Source of the DNA: an uncultured delta proteobacterium | GTDB lineage: Bacteria; Desulfobacterota; Binatia; UBA9968 | DNA length: 64,000 nucleotides | NCBI GenBank assembly: GCA_963745035.1 | Contig: CAVUVW010000013.1 | Coordinates: 448,001 to 512,000, forward strand | Direction of reading: 5' to 3' | Shown: positions 12,903-22,042 of the stretch, in pieces | How positions within the stretch are numbered: the first letter of the stretch is position 1 | Layout of the letters: every line of letters begins with the position of its first letter | Program-made: the position numbers and the translations under genes | The notes under the pieces: model-generated | What the model saw: only the letters and a program-made list of their open reading frames with translations | Database searches by the model: none | Told to the model about the DNA's origin: nothing

Positions 12903-15182
12903 CTAGTCGCGCCGATCCGACTTGCCCTCGAGCGGCGCCAGCAGCGCGCGCAGCAGGCCGATCACTTCATTGCTGTTACGAATGTTGTACTGCGCATGGG
13001 TTGCCGACATGCCGACCCGAATGGAGAAGGCGGAATCAGGCAGCGCTCTGAAGAAATCCTCGTCGGTGGTGTCGTCGCCGATGCCAAGGATGAAGTCGTA
13101 ATCGTCATGACCCATCCAAGTTAACGCGGCGCCGCCCTTATTGACGCCGGCGTGGCGAACCTCCACGACCTTATCGCCCTGAACCACCTGGAGGTCGGTT
13201 TTGGCGATGAGTTTCAGAAGATGATCGATCAACTCCGGGGCGCAAAGCCCCGCCTGTTCCGGGTCCGCCATACGGTAGTGCCAGGCGACCGATTCCTCCT
13301 TGTCTTCGACCAGCGCGCCGGGCAGCCGGTCGGCATAGGTTTCGAGAATCGGCAGCAACTCGCGCTTCCACTCACTCGCCAGGGGCTTGGCCCGGCGCCA
13401 AGGTTGATCGGCCAACTTGAGCCAAGCGCCATGCTCCGCCACCAAGCCGAGAGGCAAGTCGCCGAGCCACTCGTCGAGCGTGCGGCGGTCGCGGCCGCTG
13501 GCGACGACCACGGTATTTTCCGGCTCCGCGGCAAGCGCGCGCAAGAGATCGCGTCTGGTGGGATCGAGTCCCGCCAATCCCGGATGACGAACAAGCGGCG
13601 TCAGCGTGCCGTCATAGTCCAGAAAGAACAAGCGGCGGCGGCTGGCGCGATAGCGCGCGACGATTTCCTGGCGCGCGGCGGGAGACAGCAGCTTGAACTC
13701 GATGCGGCCTTGCACCTCGCGCATGCCGAGCAGAGTCGCGAGAAAATCGCCCGCCCACCGCGTCACGTTGTAGCGCCTGAGCCGCCGCTGCATGAGGCGG
13801 TGGCGTTTCTGTTGCTCGGGCAGCGGCATTCTCAGCGCGTCTTTGAGCGCCCCGGCGATCTCGCCGCGGTCGTTCGGGTTGATAATGATCGCCTCGGGCA
13901 GTTCCTTGGCGGAGCCGGCCATCTCGCTCAGAATCAGCACCCCGCCGTCGGCTCGCGTGGAAACATATTCCTTGGCGACGAGATTCATGCCGTCGCGCAG
14001 CGGGGTCACCAGGCAAACATCGCTGACCGCGTAAAGCGCCGCCAGCGAGGAAAAGGCCACCTGGCGGTATTGATAGACCACCGGCGTCCAACCAACCCGC
14101 CCAAAGCGGCCGTTGATTTTGCCGACCAACTCCTCGATCTGGCGCTTCATGACCTCGTATTGAACGACGCCGATGCGCGAGGGCACGACGACCATCAACA
14201 AGGCCACCTTGCCGTGATGCTCCGGACAGTTTTCGAGAAATAGCTCATAACCTTCCAGCCGGTTCGATATGCCCTTCGAATAATCCAGCCGATCAACCGA
14301 AAGGATCAGCTTCATCCCGGCGATCGCGGTCTTGAGTTCGCGTATTTCCCGCTCGGTTTCATCGCCGCGCGGGGCGCCGGAGAATTTTTCGACGTCAATC
14401 CCCATCGGAAAGGTATCCACCCGCACCACGTGGTCCGGCGCCAACACCTGGCTCATTTGATGCTCGTAGCCGAGTATTCGCAGCACGCATTGCAGAAAGT
14501 GGTGCGCGTACTCGTAGGTGTGAAAGCCGACGAGGTCGGCGCCCAAAAGTCCCTCCAGGATGTCGCGGCGCCATTCGCCCGGCAGCAGGCGGAACACCTC
14601 GAATGACGGAAAAGGAATATGCAGAAAAAACCCGACCGTCAGTTGCGGCAAGCGAGCTTTGAGAAACCGCGGCAGCAGCATCAAATGATAATCGTGCACC
14701 CACACGACGTCGTCGGGCCGAAGAATCGTCTCCAGCGCATCGGCGAACAACTGATTGATCTGTTTGTATTGTTCCCAAAACGACGCTTGGTACAGCGCGA
14801 AAGACGGGAAATAGTGGAACAGCGGCCAGATCGTCGCGTTGCAAAACCCGAGATAAAACCGCTCCATCTGCTCTTCGGTAAGAAACACCGGATAGGAGCG
14901 AAATCGCGCCAAGGATTCCTGAATGACTTGCTTTCGGAGCGACTCATCGATGCTGCCACCCGGCCAACCGACCCAGAGATGCTCGGCGGGAAGAGCCCCC
15001 GCTTGCTCGCGCGATTCACGAAACGAGGCCAGTCCGGTAACCAAGCCGCCGGCGCTCGGATGAAACAGCGGGCGGCCTTCTTGGATTTCGACGTTGAAAG
15101 GCAAGCGGTTCGATACGATCACCAATCGCCGCCCGCTCAACTCCGCCGCCCCGTTGGTTTTTGCTATGGAAGGCTCCGTCAC
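12903..15182 (-). CDS. Bifunctional trehalose-6-phosphate synthase/phosphatase (OtsA-OtsB fusion)
   Basis: VSNRLP, WVHDYHL, DRLDYSKG and RDGMNLVAKE (GT20) plus the FLDYDGTL HAD domain. The start is uncertain (GTG 15182 versus ATG 15233). Confidence 0.95.
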   Translation of the reverse strand: MTEPSIAKTNGAAELSGRRLVIVSNRLPFNVEIQEGRPLFHPSAGGLVTGLASFRESREQAGALPAEHLWVGWPGGSIDESLRKQVIQESLARFRSYPVFLTEEQMERFYLGFCNATIWPLFHYFPSFALYQASFWEQYKQINQLFADALETILRPDDVVWVHDYHLMLLPRFLKARLPQLTVGFFLHIPFPSFEVFRLLPGEWRRDILEGLLGADLVGFHTYEYAHHFLQCVLRILGYEHQMSQVLAPDHVVRVDTFPMGIDVEKFSGAPRGDETEREIRELKTAIAGMKLILSVDRLDYSKGISNRLEGYELFLENCPEHHGKVALLMVVVPSRIGVVQYEVMKRQIEELVGKINGRFGRVGWTPVVYQYRQVAFSSLAALYAVSDVCLVTPLRDGMNLVAKEYVSTRADGGVLILSEMAGSAKELPEAIIINPNDRGEIAGALKDALRMPLPEQQKRHRLMQRRLRRYNVTRWAGDFLATLLGMREVQGRIEFKLLSPAARQEIVARYRASRRRLFFLDYDGTLTPLVRHPGLAGLDPTRRDLLRALAAEPENTVVVASGRDRRTLDEWLGDLPLGLVAEHGAWLKLADQPWRRAKPLASEWKRELLPILETYADRLPGALVEDKEESVAWHYRMADPEQAGLCAPELIDHLLKLIAKTDLQVVQGDKVVEVRHAGVNKGGAALTWMGHDDYDFILGIGDDTTDEDFFRALPDSAFSIRVGMSATHAQYNIRNSNEVIGLLRALLAPLEGKSDRRD

Positions 15183-15332
15183 AGGAATACTCTGCTTTGG
15201 TCGTTGGAAAGGCCGCGCCCTCGGGCAGCACATGCTACGCTGGCGGCGCTGCAGGTCCGCAACGCCCGTCCGGCGTTTATAATATCACTTCAAAACCGCC
15301 CTTCACAGAAGAGTACGGAAAAATCCTCCGCT

Positions 15333-15887
15333 CTACTTGCCGTGCGATTTGAGCAGCTCCGAAAATTGCTTGTGCAGTTTGTTCAACTTCGGCGGGATCG
15401 TGTACTGGCAGTAGGATTGAAAGGGATTGTTCGCGAAGAACTTTTGATGGTAGTCCTCCGCCGGATAGAACTCCGCCAGCGGCTCCAGCGTGGTCACGAC
15501 CGGATTGCGAAACGTCTTGGCATCGTCGAGCTCCCGAATGAACGCCGCTGCCTGCCGTTTCTGCTCGTCGTCGGTATAGAGAATCACTGAGCGGTACTGC
15601 GTGCCCGCGTCGTTGCCCTGGCGATTGAGGGTGGTCGGATCATGCGTGGCGAAAAAAACCGTCATCAAGTCGCGGAAAGAAATCTCCGTCGGGTCGAATT
15701 CAACCTTGATCACCTCCGCGTGCCCCGTCTGTCCCGAACAGACCTGCTCATAGGTAGGATTTTTCGTCGCGCCGCCGGCGTAGCCCGAGACCACCGAACG
15801 CACACCGCGCAGCTCGTCGAACACCGCCTCCGTGCACCAAAAACAGCCGCCGCCAAATACTGCCATTTCCTTTTTGCCGTTGATCAT
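15333..15887 (-). CDS. msrA: Peptide methionine sulfoxide reductase A
   Basis: GGGCFWC, GTQYRS and FYPAEDYHQ motifs. Confidence 0.97.
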   Translation of the reverse strand: MINGKKEMAVFGGGCFWCTEAVFDELRGVRSVVSGYAGGATKNPTYEQVCSGQTGHAEVIKVEFDPTEISFRDLMTVFFATHDPTTLNRQGNDAGTQYRSVILYTDDEQKRQAAAFIRELDDAKTFRNPVVTTLEPLAEFYPAEDYHQKFFANNPFQSYCQYTIPPKLNKLHKQFSELLKSHGK

Positions 15888-15949
15888 TTTCACCCCCAAT
15901 TCGCGAATGACTTCGGGCTACATGCTGAAATCAAACACTTTTCGCCGCC

Positions 15950-16819
15950 TCAAGCCAAGCCCTCGTTGTAATTGCTTTTGGGGACAAAATTGAAAAAGTG
16001 CCCCGAACCTTCAACGATGCGTTGCGAGTGGCGCGTCCCCGCGGGGATGTTTACCCCGACCGGACTTTCGACCACAATCTTCTCATCAAGAATCTGAAAC
16101 TCGATCTTCAAACCGGTGAGCTCCGGTCCGGTGCCGATGGCGATATGCTGTGTATCGCAGTTGTGGGCGTGCAGGTCGACATAATTGGCTTGGCTGGGCT
16201 GAACGTTCGAGACGCTGCGCACGACGGTGTAGAACCCCGCCTCGGGCTTAAGCTTGCCGTCGACGAACACATAGCGCACCCCCGGCGCCGCGTCGGTGTG
16301 ATATTTGATCTCGGTCGTCGGCCGCACCTCAGGAGGGAAAATATAGCCCGCATATTTGGCGAAATCGCGCGTTCCCTTTGCCAGATCGAACGATTTGTCC
16401 TCATGCGTATAGCCACGATCGCGAAATAGAACAGTGACCGTGCCCGCGCCGTTGGTGACCTTGTACTCGTGCACCGCGCCGGTGGGAATATACACGCAGG
16501 CGGGGGAGACGATCTTGTGCGCTTTCCCTTCGAAGATGATCTGTCCTTCCAAACCGCTGAGATCCCCATGATTGCCGATGAAATAATAAAACTCATCGGT
16601 GTTGTGGCAGTGCGGCACCTGATAATCCGGCACCGGTGACGGCAAATCCTTCGCTTCATGAATCGCCACGTAGATATTCGCTTCGGGGTGCGAGTCGCGA
16701 TTGATGAACACGTGGCGCTTTACCGGCAGCGCGCTAAGCTGGCGCAGCGGGCGCTTCTCTTCATGCTTGCCGCCCAGCGCCCCTGGCCGCGCTTTGGCGA
16801 TATATTTCGTCAGGTCCAT
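15950..16819 (-). CDS. Uncharacterised tandem (bi-)cupin-like protein
   Basis: Two homologous halves, each with HxH...G...SP..V.IP.G..H; GGAGG precedes ATG 16819. Confidence 0.7.
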   Translation of the reverse strand: MDLTKYIAKARPGALGGKHEEKRPLRQLSALPVKRHVFINRDSHPEANIYVAIHEAKDLPSPVPDYQVPHCHNTDEFYYFIGNHGDLSGLEGQIIFEGKAHKIVSPACVYIPTGAVHEYKVTNGAGTVTVLFRDRGYTHEDKSFDLAKGTRDFAKYAGYIFPPEVRPTTEIKYHTDAAPGVRYVFVDGKLKPEAGFYTVVRSVSNVQPSQANYVDLHAHNCDTQHIAIGTGPELTGLKIEFQILDEKIVVESPVGVNIPAGTRHSQRIVEGSGHFFNFVPKSNYNEGLA

Positions 16820-17046
16820 CGACAGATCCTCCGATCCCTTCACGTCGCGCACTACGGCACCATTATTTCCGCAAAATCTACAGAATCTTCACGCGCGCCA
16901 GCGTTAACGGATGCTAGGGATCGCATACCATTTCTCCCCTTTCGAATGCCAGCAGCGCATCCGGCCATACCGCGCCGAGCAATTCTTGACTTCCATTTAT
17001 GAACATGATTTTTCTCTTATTTCTACGAAGATTTAGGAGGACCAAT

Positions 17047-18519
17047 ATGGCCAAAATGTTAATCGCCGGTGAGCAGGTCGATTCGGACAGCGGGCAAATC
17101 ACCGAAGTCCGCAATCCGGCTACCGGGGAAGTTGTCGACACCGTTCCGAAAGGCACGATCACCGATATTCGCCGCGCCATCGACGCCGCCCAAGGCGCGT
17201 TAAAGAAATGGTCCACCATGGCGCCGTCGAAACGTGGCGCCGTTTTACTCGCCGCAGGCCACACGATCCTCCAGCAGGAAAAAGAGCTCGCCACCCTGCT
17301 CACCAAGGAGCAAGGCAAACCGATGCGCGAGTCGATTCTCGAAATCCGGCGCTTCGTTCACACTTTGGATCATTATGGGGGCATGGCCAAAACGATGCGC
17401 ACCAGCGCCGTTATGCTCGACACCGGCCGCCATGGGCTGGTGCTGCGCAAGCCTCTCGGCGTGTGCGGCTCCATCGTGCCATGGAATTTCCCGGTATCGC
17501 TGATGGGGAACAAGCTCGGTCCCGCCCTGCTCGCGGGCAACACCGTGGTCGTGAAGCCGGCGGGCACCACGCCCCTCACCGACCTGCGCACCTGCGAGAT
17601 TATCGACAAGGCGATTCAGGACGCGGGCGGCCCGAAGGGCGTGTTGAATGTTGTCACCGGGCCCGGCAGCGTCGTCGGTGAAGAGCTGCTGGTCAATCCG
17701 ACCGTGAGAAAAATCGGTTTTACCGGCGCTACCGACACCGGCCGCAGAGTCATGCAGTCGGCGGCGAAGGACTTCAAGCACGTGACCTTGGAGCTCGGCG
17801 GCAGCGATCCGATGATCGTCTGCGACGACGCCGATCTCGAGCGCGCCGTCAGCGCCGCTTCGGTGGGGCGGTTTTTCAACTGCGGCCAAGCCTGCCTGGC
17901 GGTCAAGCGGCTTTACGTCTTCGATAAGATCGCCGACGTCTTCATGGAAAAGCTCGTCGAAAAAGCCCGGAAGATCAGCGTCGGCAACGGGCTCAAGTCG
18001 GGTGTTTTGATGGGCCCGCTGCACACCAAAGACCAGCGCCAGGAGGTCGAAGAGCAGGTCGATGACGCGGTCAAACGCGGCGCCAAGGTCATCTTCGGTG
18101 CCCAGCGGCCAAAAGGCGACGACTACGACAAGGGCTTTTATCTGCAGCCAACCCTGGTGGCCGACGTTGACCCCGCTTCGCGCATGATCCAGGAAGAAGT
18201 ATTCGGCCCCGCGCTGCCGATCGTGCGCGTGAAGAACCTCGACCAAGCCATCGAGCAGGCCAACAGCTCGATCTTCGGCCTCGGCTCGTCGATCTGGACC
18301 AAAGACATCAACCGCGCGATGTACGGCGCGGAGAATATCGAAGCCGGTTACACCTGGGTCAATTCGGCGCAAATTATTTACGACGAGCTGCCCTTCGGCG
18401 GCGTCAAGCAAAGCGGGCTCGGCAAAGAGCACGGCGACGAGGCGATCGAGCACTACACCGATTCCAAGTCGGTCGTCATCGCCACCGAGACCGACTCGGA
18501 AATCATCGGAGGAGAGTAA
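17047..18519 (+). CDS. NAD(P)+-dependent aldehyde dehydrogenase
   Basis: PWNFP, FTGAT, LELGG, FNCGQAC and EEVFGP motifs; AGGAGG RBS. Confidence 0.96.
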   Translation: MAKMLIAGEQVDSDSGQITEVRNPATGEVVDTVPKGTITDIRRAIDAAQGALKKWSTMAPSKRGAVLLAAGHTILQQEKELATLLTKEQGKPMRESILEIRRFVHTLDHYGGMAKTMRTSAVMLDTGRHGLVLRKPLGVCGSIVPWNFPVSLMGNKLGPALLAGNTVVVKPAGTTPLTDLRTCEIIDKAIQDAGGPKGVLNVVTGPGSVVGEELLVNPTVRKIGFTGATDTGRRVMQSAAKDFKHVTLELGGSDPMIVCDDADLERAVSAASVGRFFNCGQACLAVKRLYVFDKIADVFMEKLVEKARKISVGNGLKSGVLMGPLHTKDQRQEVEEQVDDAVKRGAKVIFGAQRPKGDDYDKGFYLQPTLVADVDPASRMIQEEVFGPALPIVRVKNLDQAIEQANSSIFGLGSSIWTKDINRAMYGAENIEAGYTWVNSAQIIYDELPFGGVKQSGLGKEHGDEAIEHYTDSKSVVIATETDSEIIGGE

Positions 18520-18526
18520 CGGAAAA

Positions 18527-18568
18527 GATCGAGGGATGGACGATAGAGGATCGCGATCCTCGACCATC
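18527..18568. repeat. Heptamer-based inverted repeat with a perfect 16-bp core
   Basis: GATCGAG..GATGGAC GATAGAG units around the palindrome GAGGATCGCGATCCTC (18546-18561). Confidence 0.65.
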
Positions 18569-18577
18569 GGCGGTTTC

Positions 18578-20119
18578 ATGAACCTCAATCTGCCCGACAT
18601 CTATAACGCCGCCACGACCTTCGTCGACGAAAATATCCGTCTAGGTCGGGGCGGCAAAGTCGCCATCTACTATCAAGATCGGAAAATCACCTACCAGGAA
18701 GTCTTTGAAAACGTCAATCGCAGCGGCAACGCGCTCAGGGATCTCGGCATCGAGATCGAAAACCGCGTCCTGGTGATCCTGCCGGACTCTCCCGAATTCG
18801 CCTACTGTTTTTTCGGCGCCATCAAAATCGGCGCGGTGGCCGTGCCGACCAATCCTTGGATGTTCGCCAAGGATTACGAGTATCTGATCAACGACAGCCG
18901 GGCGCGGGCGATCGTCGTTCACGAATCGGTTTTGCCCGAAATCGAGAAGATCTGGGACCGCACCCCTTTTTTGAAGCAGATCGTCGTCGTCGGAACACCG
19001 AAGGGTAAGGCGGTCTCATACGAAAGCCTGATCGCCAAGGCTTCCGACAAATTGGAAGCGGAGAAGACCACCCGCGATGACGTTTGCTTCTGGTGCTACA
19101 CTTCGGGGAGCACGGGAAATCCTAAGGGCGCGGTGCACCTGCAGCACGACATGGTCACGATCAGCGATCTGTTCGTCGAGCCGGTGCTGAAAATGAACGA
19201 AAACGACCTGTGCTTTTCTGCATCCAAGATGTTTTTTTCCTACGGGCTCGGCAACTCGCTTTATTTTCCTTTTCGCTTTGGCGCCTCGACCGTCCTTTGG
19301 CCGGAAAAGCCGGATCCGGAAAAAATTCTTCAAGTCATAGAGAAATACCGGCCGACGTTTTTTTTCTCCGTGCCGACCCTGTTCGCGCGCTTTCTGCGCA
19401 TCGAGAAGAAATACGACGTAAGCTCCCTGCGCGTCTGTTTGTCGTCCGGCGAGCCGCTGCCACCGGCGCTTTTCCACCAGTGGAAAGAGCGTACCGGATT
19501 GGAGCTCTTGGATGTGGTCGGCTCCACCGAGGCGACCCATGATTTTCTCGCCAACCGTCCGGGGCGGGCCAAAGCCGGCAGCAGCGGCGAGGTCACGCCG
19601 GCGTTCGAGGCCAAGATCGTCGACGACGACGGACGTGAGGTTCCAATCGGCGAGGTCGGTAACTTGATGGTCAAAGGCGACGCCAACGCGCCTTACTATT
19701 GGAATAAACACGAGCAGACCAAGCGCATGATGCAGGGCGAATGGCTTAAAACCGGCGACACCTATTACCGCGATGCTGAAGGCTATTATTGGTACTGCGG
19801 CCGGTCGGACGACATGATGAAAGTCGGCGGCCTGTGGGTTTCGCCGATCGAGATTGAAAATACCTTGATGGAGCATCCTGCCGTGCTGGAGTCCGGCGTT
19901 ATCGGCGATACAGATGCCGATGGCCTGCTTAAACCCAAGGCATTCGTTTTGCTGAAGAACGAATTCAAGCCGAGCGCTGAACTGCGCCAGGAGCTGCAGA
20001 ATCACGTGAAGAGCAAGCTCGCGCCCTACAAGTATCCCCGCTGGATCGAGTTCGTCGACGACCTGCCGAAAACCGTCACGGGTAAAATCCAAAGATTTCG
20101 CCTGCGCAACAAAAACTGA
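18578..20119 (+). CDS. Benzoate-CoA ligase family aryl-CoA ligase
   Basis: FWCYTSGSTGNPKGAVHLQHD, YGLGNSL, GSTE, GRSDDMMKVGG and LPKTVTGKIQRF motifs. Confidence 0.92.
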   Translation: MNLNLPDIYNAATTFVDENIRLGRGGKVAIYYQDRKITYQEVFENVNRSGNALRDLGIEIENRVLVILPDSPEFAYCFFGAIKIGAVAVPTNPWMFAKDYEYLINDSRARAIVVHESVLPEIEKIWDRTPFLKQIVVVGTPKGKAVSYESLIAKASDKLEAEKTTRDDVCFWCYTSGSTGNPKGAVHLQHDMVTISDLFVEPVLKMNENDLCFSASKMFFSYGLGNSLYFPFRFGASTVLWPEKPDPEKILQVIEKYRPTFFFSVPTLFARFLRIEKKYDVSSLRVCLSSGEPLPPALFHQWKERTGLELLDVVGSTEATHDFLANRPGRAKAGSSGEVTPAFEAKIVDDDGREVPIGEVGNLMVKGDANAPYYWNKHEQTKRMMQGEWLKTGDTYYRDAEGYYWYCGRSDDMMKVGGLWVSPIEIENTLMEHPAVLESGVIGDTDADGLLKPKAFVLLKNEFKPSAELRQELQNHVKSKLAPYKYPRWIEFVDDLPKTVTGKIQRFRLRNKN

Positions 20120-20168
20120 GGATCAAGAATCCGAAATCGCGATCCTCCATCCTCAATTTTCAATCGTC
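20118..20168. repeat. Heptamer-based inverted repeat
   Basis: GAGGATC AAGAATC ... GATCCTC CATCCTC AATTTTC AATCGTC; same family as 18527-18568. Confidence 0.6.
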
Positions 20169-20190
20169 AACCCATTCTCAAGGAGCAACC

Positions 20191-20901
20191 ATGGCAGCCA
20201 ACCTCAAGGAATTAAAAGAAACCCTCGCCTACTCCTGCAATATCCTCGCGCACGAAGGCCACTGGGATAACATTCTCGGCCACGTTTCGGTGCGCATCCC
20301 CGGGCAGAATCGGATTCTCATGAAGCCGCACAGCTTCGGCTTCGAGGAAATTCGCCCGCAGCATATCATCGTCGTCGATATCGAGAGCGGCAAAAAGGTC
20401 GAAGGCAAGCACGAGCGGCACTCGGAGGTTTTTATTCATACCGAAATCATGAAGGCGCGGCCGGACGTGAATTGCGTGGTCCACTCCCATCCGCCATACG
20501 CCACCGCCTTCGGCGCGCTGGGCCAGAAACTCCGTCCGATCAGCCACGAGGGCAATATTTTTTACGAAGGCTTGCCGACCTTCGACTACACCACGGCGTT
20601 GATCCGCACGCCCGAACTGGGAGTCGAAGTGGCGAAAAGTCTGGGAAAATGCCGCGGCGTGCTGATGAAAAACCACGGCTCCACCGTGGTTGGCGAATCG
20701 ATCGAGGTAGCAACGCTCTACGCAGTGTTCTTAGAAAAGGCGGCGCGCATTCAATTGATGGCCATCGCCTCCGGCGATCCGTCCTGGACGAGTGACGAAG
20801 AAGCCGCGGTCAAGTACGAGCAGATCTACACGCCGCATCGTTTGGAATCCATGTGGGAGTATTTCGTGCGCCGCGCCAAAAAGTTTCGGAAATCCAGCTA
20901 G
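20191..20901 (+). CDS. Class II aldolase/adducin family metalloenzyme
   Basis: GHVSVR, HSE..IH, VVHSHP and LMKNHG motifs; AAGGAG RBS. Confidence 0.93.
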   Translation: MAANLKELKETLAYSCNILAHEGHWDNILGHVSVRIPGQNRILMKPHSFGFEEIRPQHIIVVDIESGKKVEGKHERHSEVFIHTEIMKARPDVNCVVHSHPPYATAFGALGQKLRPISHEGNIFYEGLPTFDYTTALIRTPELGVEVAKSLGKCRGVLMKNHGSTVVGESIEVATLYAVFLEKAARIQLMAIASGDPSWTSDEEAAVKYEQIYTPHRLESMWEYFVRRAKKFRKSS

Positions 20902-20962
20902 CCGACGCCTGGAAGCCTGCTACCAACGCTGGTGTTCTTGGACCGTATTTGAGTCCGAAGCG

Positions 20963-21925
20963 TTACTTTCCGCCGGTCTTCTTCTCCAATTCGGCGACGA
21001 AGCGCATATCCATCATATCTTCAGGCTTCATGCTCCGGACCGCGGGCTCTTTGTCTCCGATCTCGGCGAGCACCGCTTCCATTCCTTTGCGGCTCACGTA
21101 AGGCGGATATTCGAGATAATCCTTAAACTGGGTATACGCATCTTCGCGAATTTCGGGGTCGCTTACCTTGAGCTGTCTTTCAATCATACGCAAAGAAGCT
21201 GCTTTATTGTTCTTGAACACCTGGATGCCTTCGGCGTACGCGCGCACCACGCGTCGTACGACGTCTTCATTGGCCTTGATATAGCTCCGGCTCGTCCCGA
21301 TGGCCACCGAGACGAACTCCGGCCCTTCTTTGGCGATGTTCATCAACTCCACGAAGCCCGACTTTTTCGCCCTCGCGTTGGTGGGCGGCGACATCACGCC
21401 GGCATCGATCTGCCCCGCAGCCAGGGCAGTAAAGATGTTCGGCACCTCGAGCAACGGCAGAAGCTGATAATCTGCGCCTTTGAGTCCCGCAGTGGTGAGA
21501 GCGTAAAGCGCCGATGTATGGGTCGATGAACCGACGCGGGTGATACCGATCTTCTTGCCCTTGAGATCAGCGATTTTTTTAATGTCCGATTTGGCCATCA
21601 GGGAAAACACCTGCCGATTGGTTCCCGCAGCAACCAATACAATGTTGGCTCCCTTCAAGGTTGCCTGTGTGGCGTTGGAACCGTCCATAAACGAAAAGGC
21701 GATCTCGCCGGCGAGGATTGCCTGGATGCCGCGGGAGCTCGACGGGATGTGGATCAATTCCACATCGAGGCCGTGTTTTTTGAATAAGCCTTCCTGGTGC
21801 GCCATGAAAATGCCGCTCTGGGCACCGGTGATTGCGGTCCAATTGATGCGCACGGGCTGGGCGAACGCTGCGGACGCAGCCGTGATAAGAAGTATGATGC
21901 TGGGGAAAAACAGTCGCAATTTCAT
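20963..21925 (-). CDS. ABC-type substrate-binding protein, NMT1/SsuA-like
   Basis: Signal peptide (..SAAFAQ) and DLKGKKIGITRVGSST motif. Confidence 0.9.
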   Translation of the reverse strand: MKLRLFFPSIILLITAASAAFAQPVRINWTAITGAQSGIFMAHQEGLFKKHGLDVELIHIPSSSRGIQAILAGEIAFSFMDGSNATQATLKGANIVLVAAGTNRQVFSLMAKSDIKKIADLKGKKIGITRVGSSTHTSALYALTTAGLKGADYQLLPLLEVPNIFTALAAGQIDAGVMSPPTNARAKKSGFVELMNIAKEGPEFVSVAIGTSRSYIKANEDVVRRVVRAYAEGIQVFKNNKAASLRMIERQLKVSDPEIREDAYTQFKDYLEYPPYVSRKGMEAVLAEIGDKEPAVRSMKPEDMMDMRFVAELEKKTGGK

Positions 21926-22042
21926 TACTGTAACTCCTTTAAGATCTGAGCCAGAAGGCTCTTAACAAAGACGTGCGATCGAGTCAATTCATTCACTGCG
22001 GGAATATTTGGCAAAGCCCGACAAGCGTGTTAGATAGGCGCC

